Shown: positions 12,891-25,375 of the stretch, piece after piece
Position numbering within the stretch: position 1 is the stretch's first letter
How the letters are laid out: the number at the start of each line of letters is the position of its first letter
Source: Octopus sinensis
Lineage: Eukaryota
Assembly: GCF_006345805.1 (NCBI RefSeq)
Contig: NC_043005.1
Span: forward strand, 16,306,001 to 16,370,000
Direction of reading: 5' to 3'
DNA length: 64,000 nt
Notes under the pieces: model-generated
The model's input: the letters and a program-made list of their open reading frames with translations, nothing else
Database searches by the model: none
Told to the model about the DNA's origin: nothing
Translations under genes and position numbers: made by a program

Positions 12891-13045
12891 TTATCTGAAG
12901 AGTCAACAAGTAGCAGCAGCCAAGAAATGGAGGAAGCTTTCGTACCAAGAACGACTTTGGAGCCTCACTTTCCAAATCAGAGTGAGCTAGATGATTTAAT
13001 CAGGGATCTGGGTCTTACTAAGTCAGGAGCTGAACTTCTTTCATA
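12891..13045 (+). mobile_element. DNA-transposase fragment (Chapaev3-like, tentative)
   Basis: EPHFPNQSELDDLIRDLGLTKSGAELLS resembles the PHL..QSELNDLVRDL.LSK..AELL.SRL motif that I associate with Chapaev3/CMC transposases. Flanked by (CA)n tracts. Confidence 0.5.
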
Positions 13046-13137
13046 CAGACACACACACACATACAGACCACATGCATACATATACACGCATGCATATTTA
13101 CGCACACATACATACATGAATACACACACACCATATA

Positions 13138-13211
<74 letters not shown>

Positions 13212-13334
13212 ATATATATTATATAATAAATATATATATTATATATATATATTATATATATATATCCAGCAGATATATATATATATATATATCTATATAT
13301 ATTTCTTATATTTATGTATTGTATATGGATTATG

Positions 13335-13373
<39 letters not shown>

Positions 13374-14400
13374 TATATATAATGTAGGTATGTATGTATG
13401 TATGTATGTATATATATTATGTATGTGTGTATATATATATATAATATATAAAACCAAACCCCTAATGCCTTACCCAAATTCACAAACGCAAACATAGGTG
13501 TGTGTGTGTCTGTCTGTGTGCGTCTGTGTGTGTAAATGAGTATATAAATGTATGCATGTGTGTGCGTGTGTATGTGTGTGTGCATGTGTCATATTAAAAA
13601 CACACTTGTGCTTTCGAAACGAAACAAGATAATTTTTCTTTATATTATGTGTGACTTCCTTTCGTTTGAAATAATAAAGTTCACAAAATTATTGACATTT
13701 CTACACATTCACAGTCACATCTTCATGACGTTGTGATTTTGGTGTATGCTGCTGCCTCTTTATTGTAGGAAGGGCTAATGCGGCTTGTGCAAGCACTACC
13801 GCTGGAATTCTAATTTTTACACCAGTTGGGTTGAACAAAATAAACACAAGATACACACTAGAAATGTTGACTGTATAGCTTTTGGGAACTCACCAGTAGA
13901 TATTTAGAAAGTTCCAGAATGATCTCTTAAACAACTCCAGAACATAATCCAGATGGATACAAATAAAGCTTTGAACAATAAACCAATCTATTTCGTAAGC
14001 ATAAATTCGATAGGAGTCGATGTGAAGTTTACACCTTCAGGACTAACTGTTAAATTGACATACGCTCACAACATTTTGCCGCTGATTTTTTATGCCCTTA
14101 AACCAAGAGACAACTGCAATACTCTACGTCGCACAACATAGAACAGACCCAGGCAGGAAAACATTGTTGGCAACAGAGTTGTACTCTGCAGAATCACCCA
14201 TAAAAATAGTTGATTGATGATGGAACCAAAACTCATAATATAACACCATTCCAAACTTAATAACACAGATGTCGTACGCTAAGCACAAACAAAAATAAAC
14301 ACCTCATATTGACATTGGCCCTGCCTGCTATAAAGAGGAGGAAATATATATACACAAAATTTCAACCTGAAGCGTGTGTGTGTGCGTGTGTGCGCGCGTG

Positions 14401-14439
<39 letters not shown>

Positions 14440-14901
14440 TGTGTGTTGCTGTGTGTATGGAGTTGTGTCATTATTGTAGGCAGGGCCGTTGTGACTACAA
14501 AAGTGTGAAAACGTTGAACGTTGATGATGGATTTAGGATCTGATACAGACGAACTGCAAGAAACTGGTGCTAAACCCCCCCACCCAAAAAAAATGAACAC
14601 GAAACAACACATAAAATAATAAAATATAGTCGTGATTTTAATACAACGTGTCTAAAAGAAAGGCTGTTCCCAACACATTCAAGTTTGTATGTGTGTGCGT
14701 GTGCGTGTGCGTGCGTGTTTGTGTGCATGTATGCGCACGTATACATATGCATAAATGCATACATACATGCATACAATCATATAGAGATACATGCATACAC
14801 ACATATATATGATGTATGCATGTATGTCTGTGTGCATGCGTATACACGATTGCGAGCAACATTAATTCTTTTCTATACCTGCCACCCCTTTTCCATCCCT
14901 T

Positions 14902-14951
<50 letters not shown>

Positions 14952-15113
14952 TAATAACTATTGAGACTGTACTTATTTCACCTCGAATTAAGCGATGACT
15001 TCTTGTCCTTGACAAAGGAGGATTCAAAGTAAACGATTTGCTAAGATTAAAATGTTGAGCAACCGTTGCAGACAAAATTACGCCCTGTTTCAATGACATG
15101 TTCTATATATATA

Positions 15114-15510
15114 CTAGCAGTATCGCCCGGCGTTGCTCGGGTTTGTAAGGGAAATAACTATATAAGCATTTTTAGAGAGTTATAGCCAAAAAATAGCAAA
15201 AAAATGCATTAAAAATGGAAAATAATGATGGTAATTTTTTTTTAAATCGTTGACTCATCGTAGACATTTTTAGAGAGTTACTTCCCTTATATAAACCGAG
15301 CGAAAATGCATTAAAATGGAAAAAAATGATGGTAAATTATTTTTTAAATCGTTGACTCATCGTAGACGCGCGTTTATACCCAGAAGGGCTCGATATGAAT
15401 CACGACTATAAGATACCCGCTTTTGGTTAAACAGCACAGCAAAATGTGGGAGTAGTTAGGAATCTAAATCGTAGGAGACAGACACACAACTTCTCTTTTA
15501 TATATAAAGA
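15114..15510 (-). mobile_element. Non-autonomous Helitron with intact termini (397 bp)
   Basis: Minus strand: A|TC 5' end at 15510, 3' hairpin cccgagcaacgccggg, then CTAG|T at 15114. No TSD. Contains an internal tandem duplication (aaaatgcattaaaa..gactcatcgtagac twice). Confidence 0.85.
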
Positions 15511-15512
15511 TA

Positions 15513-15584
<72 letters not shown>

Positions 15585-15586
15585 TT

Positions 15587-15631
<45 letters not shown>

Positions 15632-16203
15632 GTTATAGTGCGTGTAATATACTATGCTTGTATGTACGTATGCATGTATGTATGTTCTTTTTTTCTATAT
15701 TTTTCGAATTCTTTGCAAATGGAGAAAAAGCTTGTTTCTAGACTTGAAAAAAATCGCTTTCACTGCAATTTAGACAGCATTGAACAGGATATTCTTATAT
15801 GCACATATGCAAATATACATGCTTACATATATGTACGCATATACACATGTATGAATGTATTCGTGTACATACATGCACACGAAAACGGGTGCGCCTTCCT
15901 GAATTTTTTCATGCATTTTGACAGTAAGTTCTGTTGATTTGGCGCATTCTTTCTGTTTCTGAGAATCCCAGCTTCTCAGCATTGGAACTGAGAGAGTTAA
16001 TCACGTAACCAAGTTTTCCAATAATCATTAGTACAAATCTCAACTCATAATATGGAATATAGCACTTGAAGATTTCTCTTCAGTTCAGCATAGATGCTTT
16101 TCTTTTCGCTACTCTTTAACATCATGTTGAGATCTGAGAGGTAACTGGCTTCAACTTATGCGCATAATTTCTTCTCTACGTCACAGGTTATATCGCGTGT
16201 ATC

Positions 16204-16596
16204 CGTGGAGGCGCAATGGCCCAGTGGTTAGGGCAGCGGACTCGCGGTCATAGGATCGCGGCTTCGATTCCCAGACCGGGCGTTGTGAGTGTTTATTGAG
16301 CGAAAACACCTAAAAGCTCCACGAGGCTCCGGCAGGGATGGTGGTGATCCTTGCTGTACTTTTTCACCACAATTTTCTCTCACTCTTACTTCCTGTTTCT
16401 ATTGTACCTGTATTTCAAAGGGCCGGCCTTGTCACTCTCTGTGTCACTCTGACTATCCCCGAGAACTACGTTAAGGGTACACGTGTCTGTGGAGTGCTCA
16501 GCCACTTGCACGTTAATTTCACGAGCAGGCTGTTCCGTTGATTCGGATCAACCGGAACCCTCGTCGTCGTAACCGACGGAGTGCTTCCATCCATCC
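16204..16596 (+). mobile_element. SINE family A2 with a (CCAT)n tail and 12-bp TSD
   Basis: TSD atcgcgtgtatc at 16192-16203 and 16597-16608; near-identical to 11839-12223 and 49546-49935. Confidence 0.93.
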
Positions 16597-16798
16597 ATCG
16601 CGTGTATCGCTTAAATGTTATGGAAATCTTGATAGGGGCATTTCGCTTATGATGCGGGTTATATTCTCAATATTGGTCTCAAATAGCTTGCATCTAGTGG
16701 TTTAACAGCATTCCTATGTATTAGGTATGTATGCATGTATTATGTATGTGTGAATGTATTACATATGGATGCATGTATTACGTATGTGTGTGCATTTG

Positions 16799-16832
<34 letters not shown>

Positions 16833-16879
16833 TGTATTCTCTGAAGAACTGGTTAAAAAGGATTAGATGACGTACCAAC

Positions 16880-17200
16880 AATAGAATGGTGACTTGTTAC
16901 TTGACTCTGAAATGGAAGGTGCATGGAAATTATACGACCGACAGGTTTGAAGATCTCACGAGAATTAAGTTCCTGGTCGTAAAGACAATTCCAGAAAAGT
17001 GAATTTTCGGTCTCTGGTTTGGTTTGCTGAACCATATTCTTGAAGGCTGTCTTCTTTTTGAAAGCGAACTTCACTAGCTACGATAGTATCAACGCCCAAC
17101 TTTGAAAGGTCCAAGCGCAACCAGAGCGGTTTTGACGATCGAGGACGGCGGGCGTTTCGTTCCTGTATATTGTGAATTCTCGTTAGTTGCGGCTGAACAA
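16880..17200 (-). mobile_element. Old RTE-clade LINE endonuclease (APE) relic
   Basis: Minus frames give RRPR..LDLSKLGVDTIVASEVRFQKEDSLQEYGS and PVGRIISMHLPF. These resemble the RTE APE pattern EL.RY.IDIAALSETR..EG.L.E.G and ..RLM.LRLPL. Confidence 0.5.
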
Positions 17201-17504
17201 ATGGAGCAAACAGAAAGGAGGGTTAGTAAAGCCACCTTATTCTACGCACCTCTCTATTTGGAGAAAACACTTAGAGAACACTGCTACGTAGGTAACAGTG
17301 TTGCTGAACGATGTGGTTGCACTTGGAATCATATCAAACGACTATTGTACCTGATCCACCAGTATGCAGGTATGCACCTGTGATTTCAAGCGTCATCTAC
17401 CTGCCATTTTCATCTCCTTATTGTTGAAATACAGATTGCAAGGTTGTGACAAAACCATTTGTACCCTGGACAATGCAAATATAAATATCGCTCGCTTTTA
17501 TTAT

Positions 17505-17732
17505 TTTAATTGCTTCAGTCATTTGACTACGGCCATGCTGGAGCACCGCCTTTAGTCGAGCAAATCGACCCCGGGACTTATTCTTTGTAAACCTAGTACA
17601 TATTCTATTGGTCTTTTTTACCGAACCGCTAAGTGACGGTGACATAAACACACCAGCATCTGTTGTCAAGAAATGCTAGGGGGACAAACACAGACACACA
17701 AACATACACACACAGACCACACACACACACAT

Positions 17733-17768
<36 letters not shown>

Positions 17769-17952
17769 ATATATTATATATCTATACATATATACGACGG
17801 GCTTCTTTCAGTTTCCGTCTACCAAATCCACTCACAAGGCTTTGGTCGGCCCAAGGCTATAGTAGAAGACACTTACCCAAGGTGCCACGTAGTGGAACTG
17901 AACCCGGAACCATGTGGTTTGTAAGCAAGCTACTTACCACACAGCCACTCCT
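17505..17952 (-). mobile_element. SINE family B
   Basis: Reverse complement of the B consensus from tail (..cagtcatttgact..) to head (..cttaccacacagccactcct). Confidence 0.88.
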
Positions 17953-18044
17953 GTTTCACCAATATTTGTTGTGATGATGCTTGTTTACGTATTCAATAAA
18001 GGGGGCATTCTCTATATTTATTCCAGGATAGTCCTTCTTTTATG

Positions 18045-18868
18045 AATAGCACTGTATATCCATCGTTCATGAGCACCAGGTAAAGCTTGGGTACAGAAAT
18101 CGCTACGATGTTTGGGTACCACATGAGTTGAGTGAGAAGAACCTTTTGGATCACATTTCCATCTGTGATTCGCTTTATAAACGGAATGAAAACGTGCCTT
18201 TTTTAAAGCAAATTGTGACAGGTGATGAGAAATGGATTATCTACTGAAATGTTCAGAGAAAGTGATCCTGGAGTAAGCGACATGAGCCACCCTTAGCCAC
18301 CCTAAAAGCGGGTCTTCACCCTTAAAAAGTCTTGCATTGTGTCTGGTAGGATTGGAAAGGAATTCTGTACTATGAGATTCTCCCAAGTAACCAGACAATT
18401 AATTCTGAGAAATACTGCACACAACTGGACGAGTTAAAAGCAGCAATTCAAGAGAAACGTCCAGAATTGGCCAACAGGAAGGGTATTGTTTTCCAACATG
18501 ATAATGCAAGACCACACGTTTCTTTGTGAACCAGACAAAAATTGCTGCAGCTCGGCAGGGATGTGTTACCCCCACCTTCCATATTCCAAATATTGCTCCT
18601 TTGGATTTCCACTTATTCAGGTCTCTGCAGAATAGTAAAAATGGTAAAATTTTCAATTCCTTGGAGGACGTAAAAAGACACCTTGATGAATTCTTCGCCA
18701 TGAAACCACCTCAATTCTGGGAAGAGAGTATTTTCAAGTTAAAGGAAAGTTGGAGATGCATTGTACAACAAAATGGTTCATATTTGGCTGATTAAAAATG
18801 TAATGACAAGTATTTATTGACCATTTTCTTTCCTTTAAAAATCGGTACGAACTTTCCAAACGACCCAA
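18045..18868 (+). mobile_element. 5'-truncated mariner (a different family from 5353-6627)
   Basis: VWVPHELSEKN..FLKQIVTGDEKWI, FQHDNARPH and PNIAPLDFHLFRSLQN; 3' TIR aaaatcggtacgaactttccaaacgacccaa followed by TA. Confidence 0.9.
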
Positions 18869-18897
18869 TATATATGTATATATATATACATATATAA

Positions 18898-19540
18898 AAA
18901 ATTAATAAATAAAACATATGCATATATACATACACATATGTACGTACACCTCTACATGTATATATGCATGCATATATGGGTACAGGACACCAAAAAAACG
19001 TCGAACACAATGAGAAACGAAAACATAAACATAAAACCAAGGAAATGGACATTTCTTTTAAACAACGAAAAAATAGAGTACAGGACATACAAAACAAGGA
19101 AAATTCCCCTTCTTCAGTCGCCTTAGTTTCATCTACTCCACGTTTCGAAGGTCAAGGCGATACATGACTTCAATAAAACTTTCCTTCCCGCGAAAATCAA
19201 ATTAAATAAAATTTGAGATTTTTTTGCGGAGGGGTAAAAATGGTAACAAAAACAGGACAGTAACGACAGTACAAAATATAAACAGTAAAAGACAGGACAC
19301 GGAGAATAACAGTCACACAAACAAGAAGGGCTTTTAAGCCAACCGAGATAAAAAAATTTTACGAACGCTATTTTTTTACGAACGTTTCTCATTGTGTTCG
19401 ACGTTTTTTTGGTGTCCTGTACCCATATATGCATGTATATATACATGTAGAGGTAGGTACGTACATATGTGTATGTATATATGCATATGTTTTATTTATT
19501 AATTTATATATGACGGAACGCACGCATACATTTCTAAGTA
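18898..19540. mobile_element. Penelope-like element end with ~120-bp inverted arms
   Basis: 18898-19019 is the reverse complement of 19383-19505. The core has acgtttcgaaggtca and cttcttcag motifs. A related single-arm copy lies at about 48520-48780. Confidence 0.55.
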
Positions 19541-19622
19541 AGATTGTTCTCATATATACATATATATATATATATATAATATATATATAATATATATATC
19601 TATATATATATATGTATAGATG

Positions 19623-19664
<42 letters not shown>

Positions 19665-19695
19665 TATTATATATATATGTATATATGTATATATG

Positions 19696-19767
<72 letters not shown>

Positions 19768-19900
19768 ATGTATGTATATATATATATGTATGTATGTATG
19801 TATATATATGTATATATATATGTATTATGTATATATATGTATATTATATATATTATAAACATCCACAAACACGAACACGTATGTACGTGCATATAAATTA

Positions 19901-20883
19901 AAAAAAAGACTCCGCCGGTTACGACGACGAGGGTCCCAGCTGATACGATCAACGGAACAGCTTGCTCGTGAAATTAACGTGCAAATGGCTGAGCATTCCA
20001 CAGACACGTGTACCCTTAACGTAGTTCTCGGGGATAATCAGCGTGACACAGAGAGTGACAAGGCTGACACTTTGAAATACAAGTACAACTCATTTTTGCC
20101 AGCTGAGTAGACTGGAGCAACGTGAAATAAAGTGTCTTGCTCAAGGACACAACGCGTCGCCGGGAATCGAACTCACAACCTTACGATCATGAGCCGAATG
20201 CCCTAACCACTAAGCCACGCGCCCTCACAAAAAAAGACTCCGCCGGTTACGACGACGAGGGTCCCAGCTGATACGATCGACGGAACAGCTTGCTCGTGAA
20301 ATTAACGTGCAAATGGCTGAGCATTCCACAGACACGTGTACCCTTAACGTAGTTCTCGGGGATAATCAGCGTGACACAGAGAGTGACAAGGCTGACCCTT
20401 TGAAATACAAGTACAACTCATTTTTGCCAGCTGAGTAGACTGGAGCAACGTGAAAAAAAGTGTCTTGCTCAAGGACACAACGCGTCGCCGGGAATCGAAC
20501 TCACAACCTTACAATCATGAGCCGAATGCCCTAACCACTAAGCCACGCGCCCTCACAAAAAAAGACTCCGCCGTTACGACGACGAGGGTCCCAGCTGATA
20601 CGATCGACGGAACAGCTTGCTCGTGAAATTAACGTGCAAATGGCTGAGCATTCCACAGACACGTGTACCCTTAACGTAGTTCTCGGGGATAATCAGCGTG
20701 ACACAGAGAGTGACAAGGCTGACACTTTGAAATACAAGTACAACTCATTTTTGCCAGCTGAGTGGACTGGAGCAACGTGAAATAAAGTGTCTTGCTCAAG
20801 GACACAACGCGTTACCGGGAATCGAACTCACAACCTTACGATCATGAGCCGAATGCCCTAACCACTAAGCCACGCGCCCTCAC
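19901..20883 (-). mobile_element. Head-to-tail trimer of full-length SINE A1 within one 13-bp TSD
   Basis: Units at 19901-20228, 20229-20556 and 20557-20883; cgtgcatataaat at 19886-19898 and 20885-20897. Confidence 0.92.
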
Positions 20884-21004
20884 TCGTGCATATAAATACA
20901 CACATAGTGATATGTATACATAAATTCGTACATATATATATATTATATATATATATAAAATATATTATCTATATATATAAGTGATATATATACACATATA
21001 TATA

Positions 21005-21563
21005 TATCAAAAGAAAAACAGGATGCAAAGGATTTAGCGGTACATATGTTCTGGCTTTATTGGACAGTTTATATCAATGCATAATTGATGAAATATGTAT
21101 GTCAATAGCCTTCCTCAGCCGCGCACAATTACCACACCAAAGACATGTATTACATTATAAGTTTGGGAAAAAGATGAGTTTCGTTGGGGATGCAAATCTT
21201 CGTAGTCGTATACAGCAGAGCGAGACACCAAAACTAAAACAAAACGTCCATACCGTTTTTCACTCGATATAGATTCTATAGTAGATTTTATATCGAGTGA
21301 AAGACGGTATGGACGTTTTGTTTTTGTTTTGGTGTCTCGCTCTGCTGTATACGACTATGAAAATTTGCATCCCCAACGAAACTCGTCTTTTTCCCAAACT
21401 TATAATGTAATACATGTCTTTGGTGTGGTAATTGTGCGCGGCTGAGGAAGGCTATCGACATACATATTTCATCAATTATGCATTGATATAAATTATGCAT
21501 TGTCCAATAAAGCCAGAAACATATGTACCGCTAAATCCTTTGCATCCTGTTTTTCTTTTGATA
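21005..21563. repeat. ~560-bp near-perfect palindrome (fold-back element)
   Basis: Left arm starts tatcaaaagaaaaacagg and the right arm ends cctgtttttcttttgata. The centre is at about 21279-21281. The mirrored ORFs 21060-21272(+) and 21288-21500(-) confirm the symmetry. Confidence 0.95.
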
Positions 21564-21632
21564 AATATGCCCTATCACCTACACCACTAACTGGCATATA
21601 CAGGTTCTTACAGTTATCAAGTATTCACCCTG

Positions 21633-21670
<38 letters not shown>

Positions 21671-22879
21671 AAGGTAAGTAGAGTTAGCGGTTGGAATAAC
21701 CGTCTTAGGGATAAGAATATCCGTTCTTATTACTTGTATAATTTACCTATGTTAACCCTGGGTATGGGTGTATGCAAGCAAACTATGCTCATAAGGTACA
21801 GGTAAAAAAAAACTGTATAAACAAAGGTTAATTATGAATCAAATATAAAATAAGCAGAAAATGGAGGAAACTCTAGATCAACAAACAAATTAACCGACGT
21901 TGGTCAATTTGATTGTTTGTTGATCAAAAGTTTTCTCTATTTTTCTGCTTAATATTATATATATATGTGTGTGTGTTTGTGTGGTGTGTGTGTGTGTGTG
22001 TGTGTATCTGTGTGTAATTGTACACACACACAAATATATCGGCCTTAGCGCATATATATATATATATACTTTTTTCTCATAAAAATGGGTTTATGTCTCT
22101 TTATTACATGAATGTCAGTGATTACAACTTATATGTGTACATGTGTGTGTGTATGTGTGTGTGTATGTGTGTGTGTGTGTGTGTGGTGTGTGTGTGTGTG
22201 TGGTGTGTGTGTGTGCACGTACGCCATGTATACATAAACGAGAGCATGTCTGCCTTAAAGCTCTTTGGAATGTTTTACAAAACCAGTAATTGACCGGGCT
22301 TGCAGGATGCGAATTAGGAAATTTGAGGTTTTTTTATTATTTTTATTTTACTTTCTCGCAAGACCCGGCACTTCCACGGCTTCATGCAAATCTGATGTTA
22401 AATATCTTTTCTCTCCTATAAAAATATGTATTAATGTTGATTTATAACCGGAATATAAAAGCTGTATGTTCCGTATCCATTCACCATAAAAATTCTTTTT
22501 TCGCAACTTCAGATAAGGAATTTTAACATTTGTTCTTCTCTGTGACATTGCTTCGCTTTTGGTATCTCCTATGGATAAGATTTGTTGTTCTCGCAATATT
22601 TGTTTGTTTTGCATGCCTGCTTGTTTGTTTTGTAGTGTTTTTTTTTTATGTCCCACCAGTTTTTATTTGTTTTTAAACGCGTGGATACATTCTGGTTTTA
22701 GTTTGCCGTTTGTATGAACGTCAGAACAGTCTTTCCTACAGATATAATTGTAAAGAGCTTAGACAACAATGCTATGTCTCATACGAAAGCGGTATCTTGC
22801 GGACATTTTTAGACAACTGCTGCTAATGTTGGTGAACTTTTTTATACAGGTAAGGCACAATTAACATTTTCTATCATAC

Positions 22880-23320
22880 CATGGAGGTTTGCAAATTCTT
22901 CTCTCTCTCTCTTTCTCTCTCTCCCTCCTTCTCTCCCTCACTCCTTTCTTTTTGCCCTACCTATTTCCTATTCCTGAGTGACCAACGTGTTTCCTTTAAG
23001 CGAGACATAATGATATCACTTATCACTGATCTACAATACGTTCCTCTTTCTGCCTGTACTGTTATTCCCCTAGTTTGTAAGATATCTATTCCTGCATCAC
23101 TCTCTGATGATATCATTATTGGTTCTTCTCTAGATTTCTATTTAAGTCAGTCAAGCTACCACTGGATTACACAGAGCAACAATATACTCAGAGTGGTGTG
23201 CTTGTTTCTCCCTTAACTCTTCAATAGATGTTGTCTGGCTGATACAGTGAGACACTTGCCTCGCTCTCTCTATCCCACCGTGTAACATTCATTCTTTTAA
23301 TGTCACAGTCGATGAGGAAT
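22880..23320 (+). repeat. Unclassified ~440-bp dispersed repeat, copy 1
   Basis: Nearly identical to 37669-38105; both translate as ..QRVSFKRDIMISLITDLQYVPLSAC.. in the ORF track. Confidence 0.85.
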
Positions 23321-23662
23321 TTACAAATGATGGTTAATAACTTCTTAGTCTCGACGACAAAGTTTCGGATTTCTTCAACTGTTCAGCTATATTACCCCAA
23401 CAGCACTGGTACAGAAAATTTTTATTTTCGGATATGGTCTTATCAATGCACTTCTGTCTTCTATACTTTCACAAGTCTGCTGAGGTATTACTTGTCACTG
23501 TAACTTTACTCCTGACACCAACATAGGCAACACTTTCGCCAATTTTGTGGCACAAGTTGCATTCATCATAATATATATACATGTGTGTGTGTGTGCGTGT
23601 ATGGATTATATTGGATTCAAATTTTGGCACAAGGTCAGTAATTTGGGAACTTGGGAAGAGAC

Positions 23663-23829
23663 AAGTCGATTACATCGATCCCAGTGCTCAACTGGTACTT
23701 ATTTTATCGACTCCGAAAGGATAAAAGCTAAAGTCGGCCTCGGCGGAATTTGAACTCAGAACGTAAAGACGGACGAAATTCTGTTAAGCATTTTGCCCGG
23801 CATGCTAACGATTCTGCCAGCTCACCGCC
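23663..23829 (-). mobile_element. SINE family D, 5' portion
   Basis: Reverse complement of the D head (..gctaacgattctgccagctcaccgcc). Confidence 0.8.
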
Positions 23830-24245
23830 ATATGTATGCATTATATTAATTAGACGTACGTATGTATTTAACTATTATGTATCTCATTATTCAGTTTATT
23901 TCAAAATTTCTTGCTAATAGAGAAAGAGCCGGTTTCTAACCTAGATCCAAGACTCCTTCATTGGAATTTCAACATCAACAACAGGGTATTTTTGTTTGTA
24001 TGTATGTATGTATGTATGTATGTATGTATGTATGTATGTATTTACGTGTAGATTTGTATGTTTTATGTATGTATTTTCATGCGTATAGCTGCATATCTGG
24101 ACATGCTCATATATATTTAAGTGATAAACTTCTGGAAAGTTTTACAGATTTTTACAGTTCCAGTGATGGATTGGATCAGTAGTCTTTGAATTAGCTTTCT
24201 CCATTGACAAGCCTAATTTCTCAAGGTTGGTATTTAGGCAGTGTG

Positions 24246-24810
24246 AATGCATGTATGTATGTATGTATGTATGTATGTATGTATGTATGTATGTATGTAT
24301 GTATGTATGTATGCATGTATGTATGCAGGCATGCATGTATGTATGTATGTATGCATGTATGCATGTATGTATGCAGGCATGCATGTATGTATGTATGTAT
24401 GTATGTATGTATGTATGTATGTATGTATGTATGTATGTATGCATGCATGCATGTATGCATGTATGTATGTATGTATGTATGTATGTATGTATGTATGTAT
24501 GCAGGCATGCATGTATGTATGTATGTATGCATGTATGCACGTATGTATGCAGGCATGCATGTATGTATGTATGTATGTATGTATGTATGTATGCATGCAT
24601 GTATGCATGTATGTATGTATGTATGTATGCAGGCATGCATGTATGTATGTATGCATGTATGCATGTATGTATGCAGGCATGCATGTATGTATGTATGTAT
24701 GTATGTATGTATGCATGCATGTATGCATGTATGTATGTATGTATGTATGTACGTATGTATGTATGTATGTATGTATGTATGCACGCATGTATGCATGCAT
24801 GTACGAACGT
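24246..24810. repeat. (TATG)n/(CATG) tetranucleotide array with a recurring gcaggcatgc variant
   Basis: Direct reading; this array is the source of the MYVC/HTYI pseudo-ORFs. Confidence 0.9.
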
Positions 24811-25089
24811 ATGTGTGAATGTATCATATTACGACGCAATTATGTCTTGAGTTCCATATTACTCCATGATATCTTTGCATATGAGTAAAATTGGGTCAAC
24901 GGAAACGGTGCTGAAGCCTGCCAGATTGAGTGAGTCTGTTATGCAAAGAATCCGACTGGCTCCACAATTTATCACGCTGATTCGTATCGAGTATTATGCT
25001 AAGGTTACACGTATTTGTATGAGTATGTATACATGTATGAGTATGTATATATATATATAATATCAGTATGTATACATATATATACATAC

Positions 25090-25128
<39 letters not shown>

Positions 25129-25135
25129 ATATACA

Positions 25136-25375
25136 TTCTTTTATTCTTCTACTTGTTCAGTTATTTACTGCAGCCATGTTGGAGCACTGCCTTGAAAGAT
25201 TTTAGACTTATTTTTTAAGCCTAGTACTTCTTGTGTCAGTTATTTTTGCCGAACCGCCAAGTTACGGTAAACACAGCAATACGGGTTGACAAGCGGTGAT
25301 GGACACATACACACACACACACACACATATAAATAAATATATATACGGCGGGCTTCTTTCAATTTCCGTCTAACG
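25136..25375 (-). mobile_element. Degenerate partial SINE B
   Basis: cttgttcagttatttactgcagccatgttggagcac..gccgaaccgccaagttacgg..cgggcttctttcaatttccgtc. Confidence 0.7.

Noticed and set aside
13930-14141. ~70-codon plus-strand open frame
   Set aside because: No motif or convincing splice signals.
22320-22600. Minus-strand 102-aa ORF and small AG/GT-bounded segments
   Set aside because: No homology recognised and weak donors.
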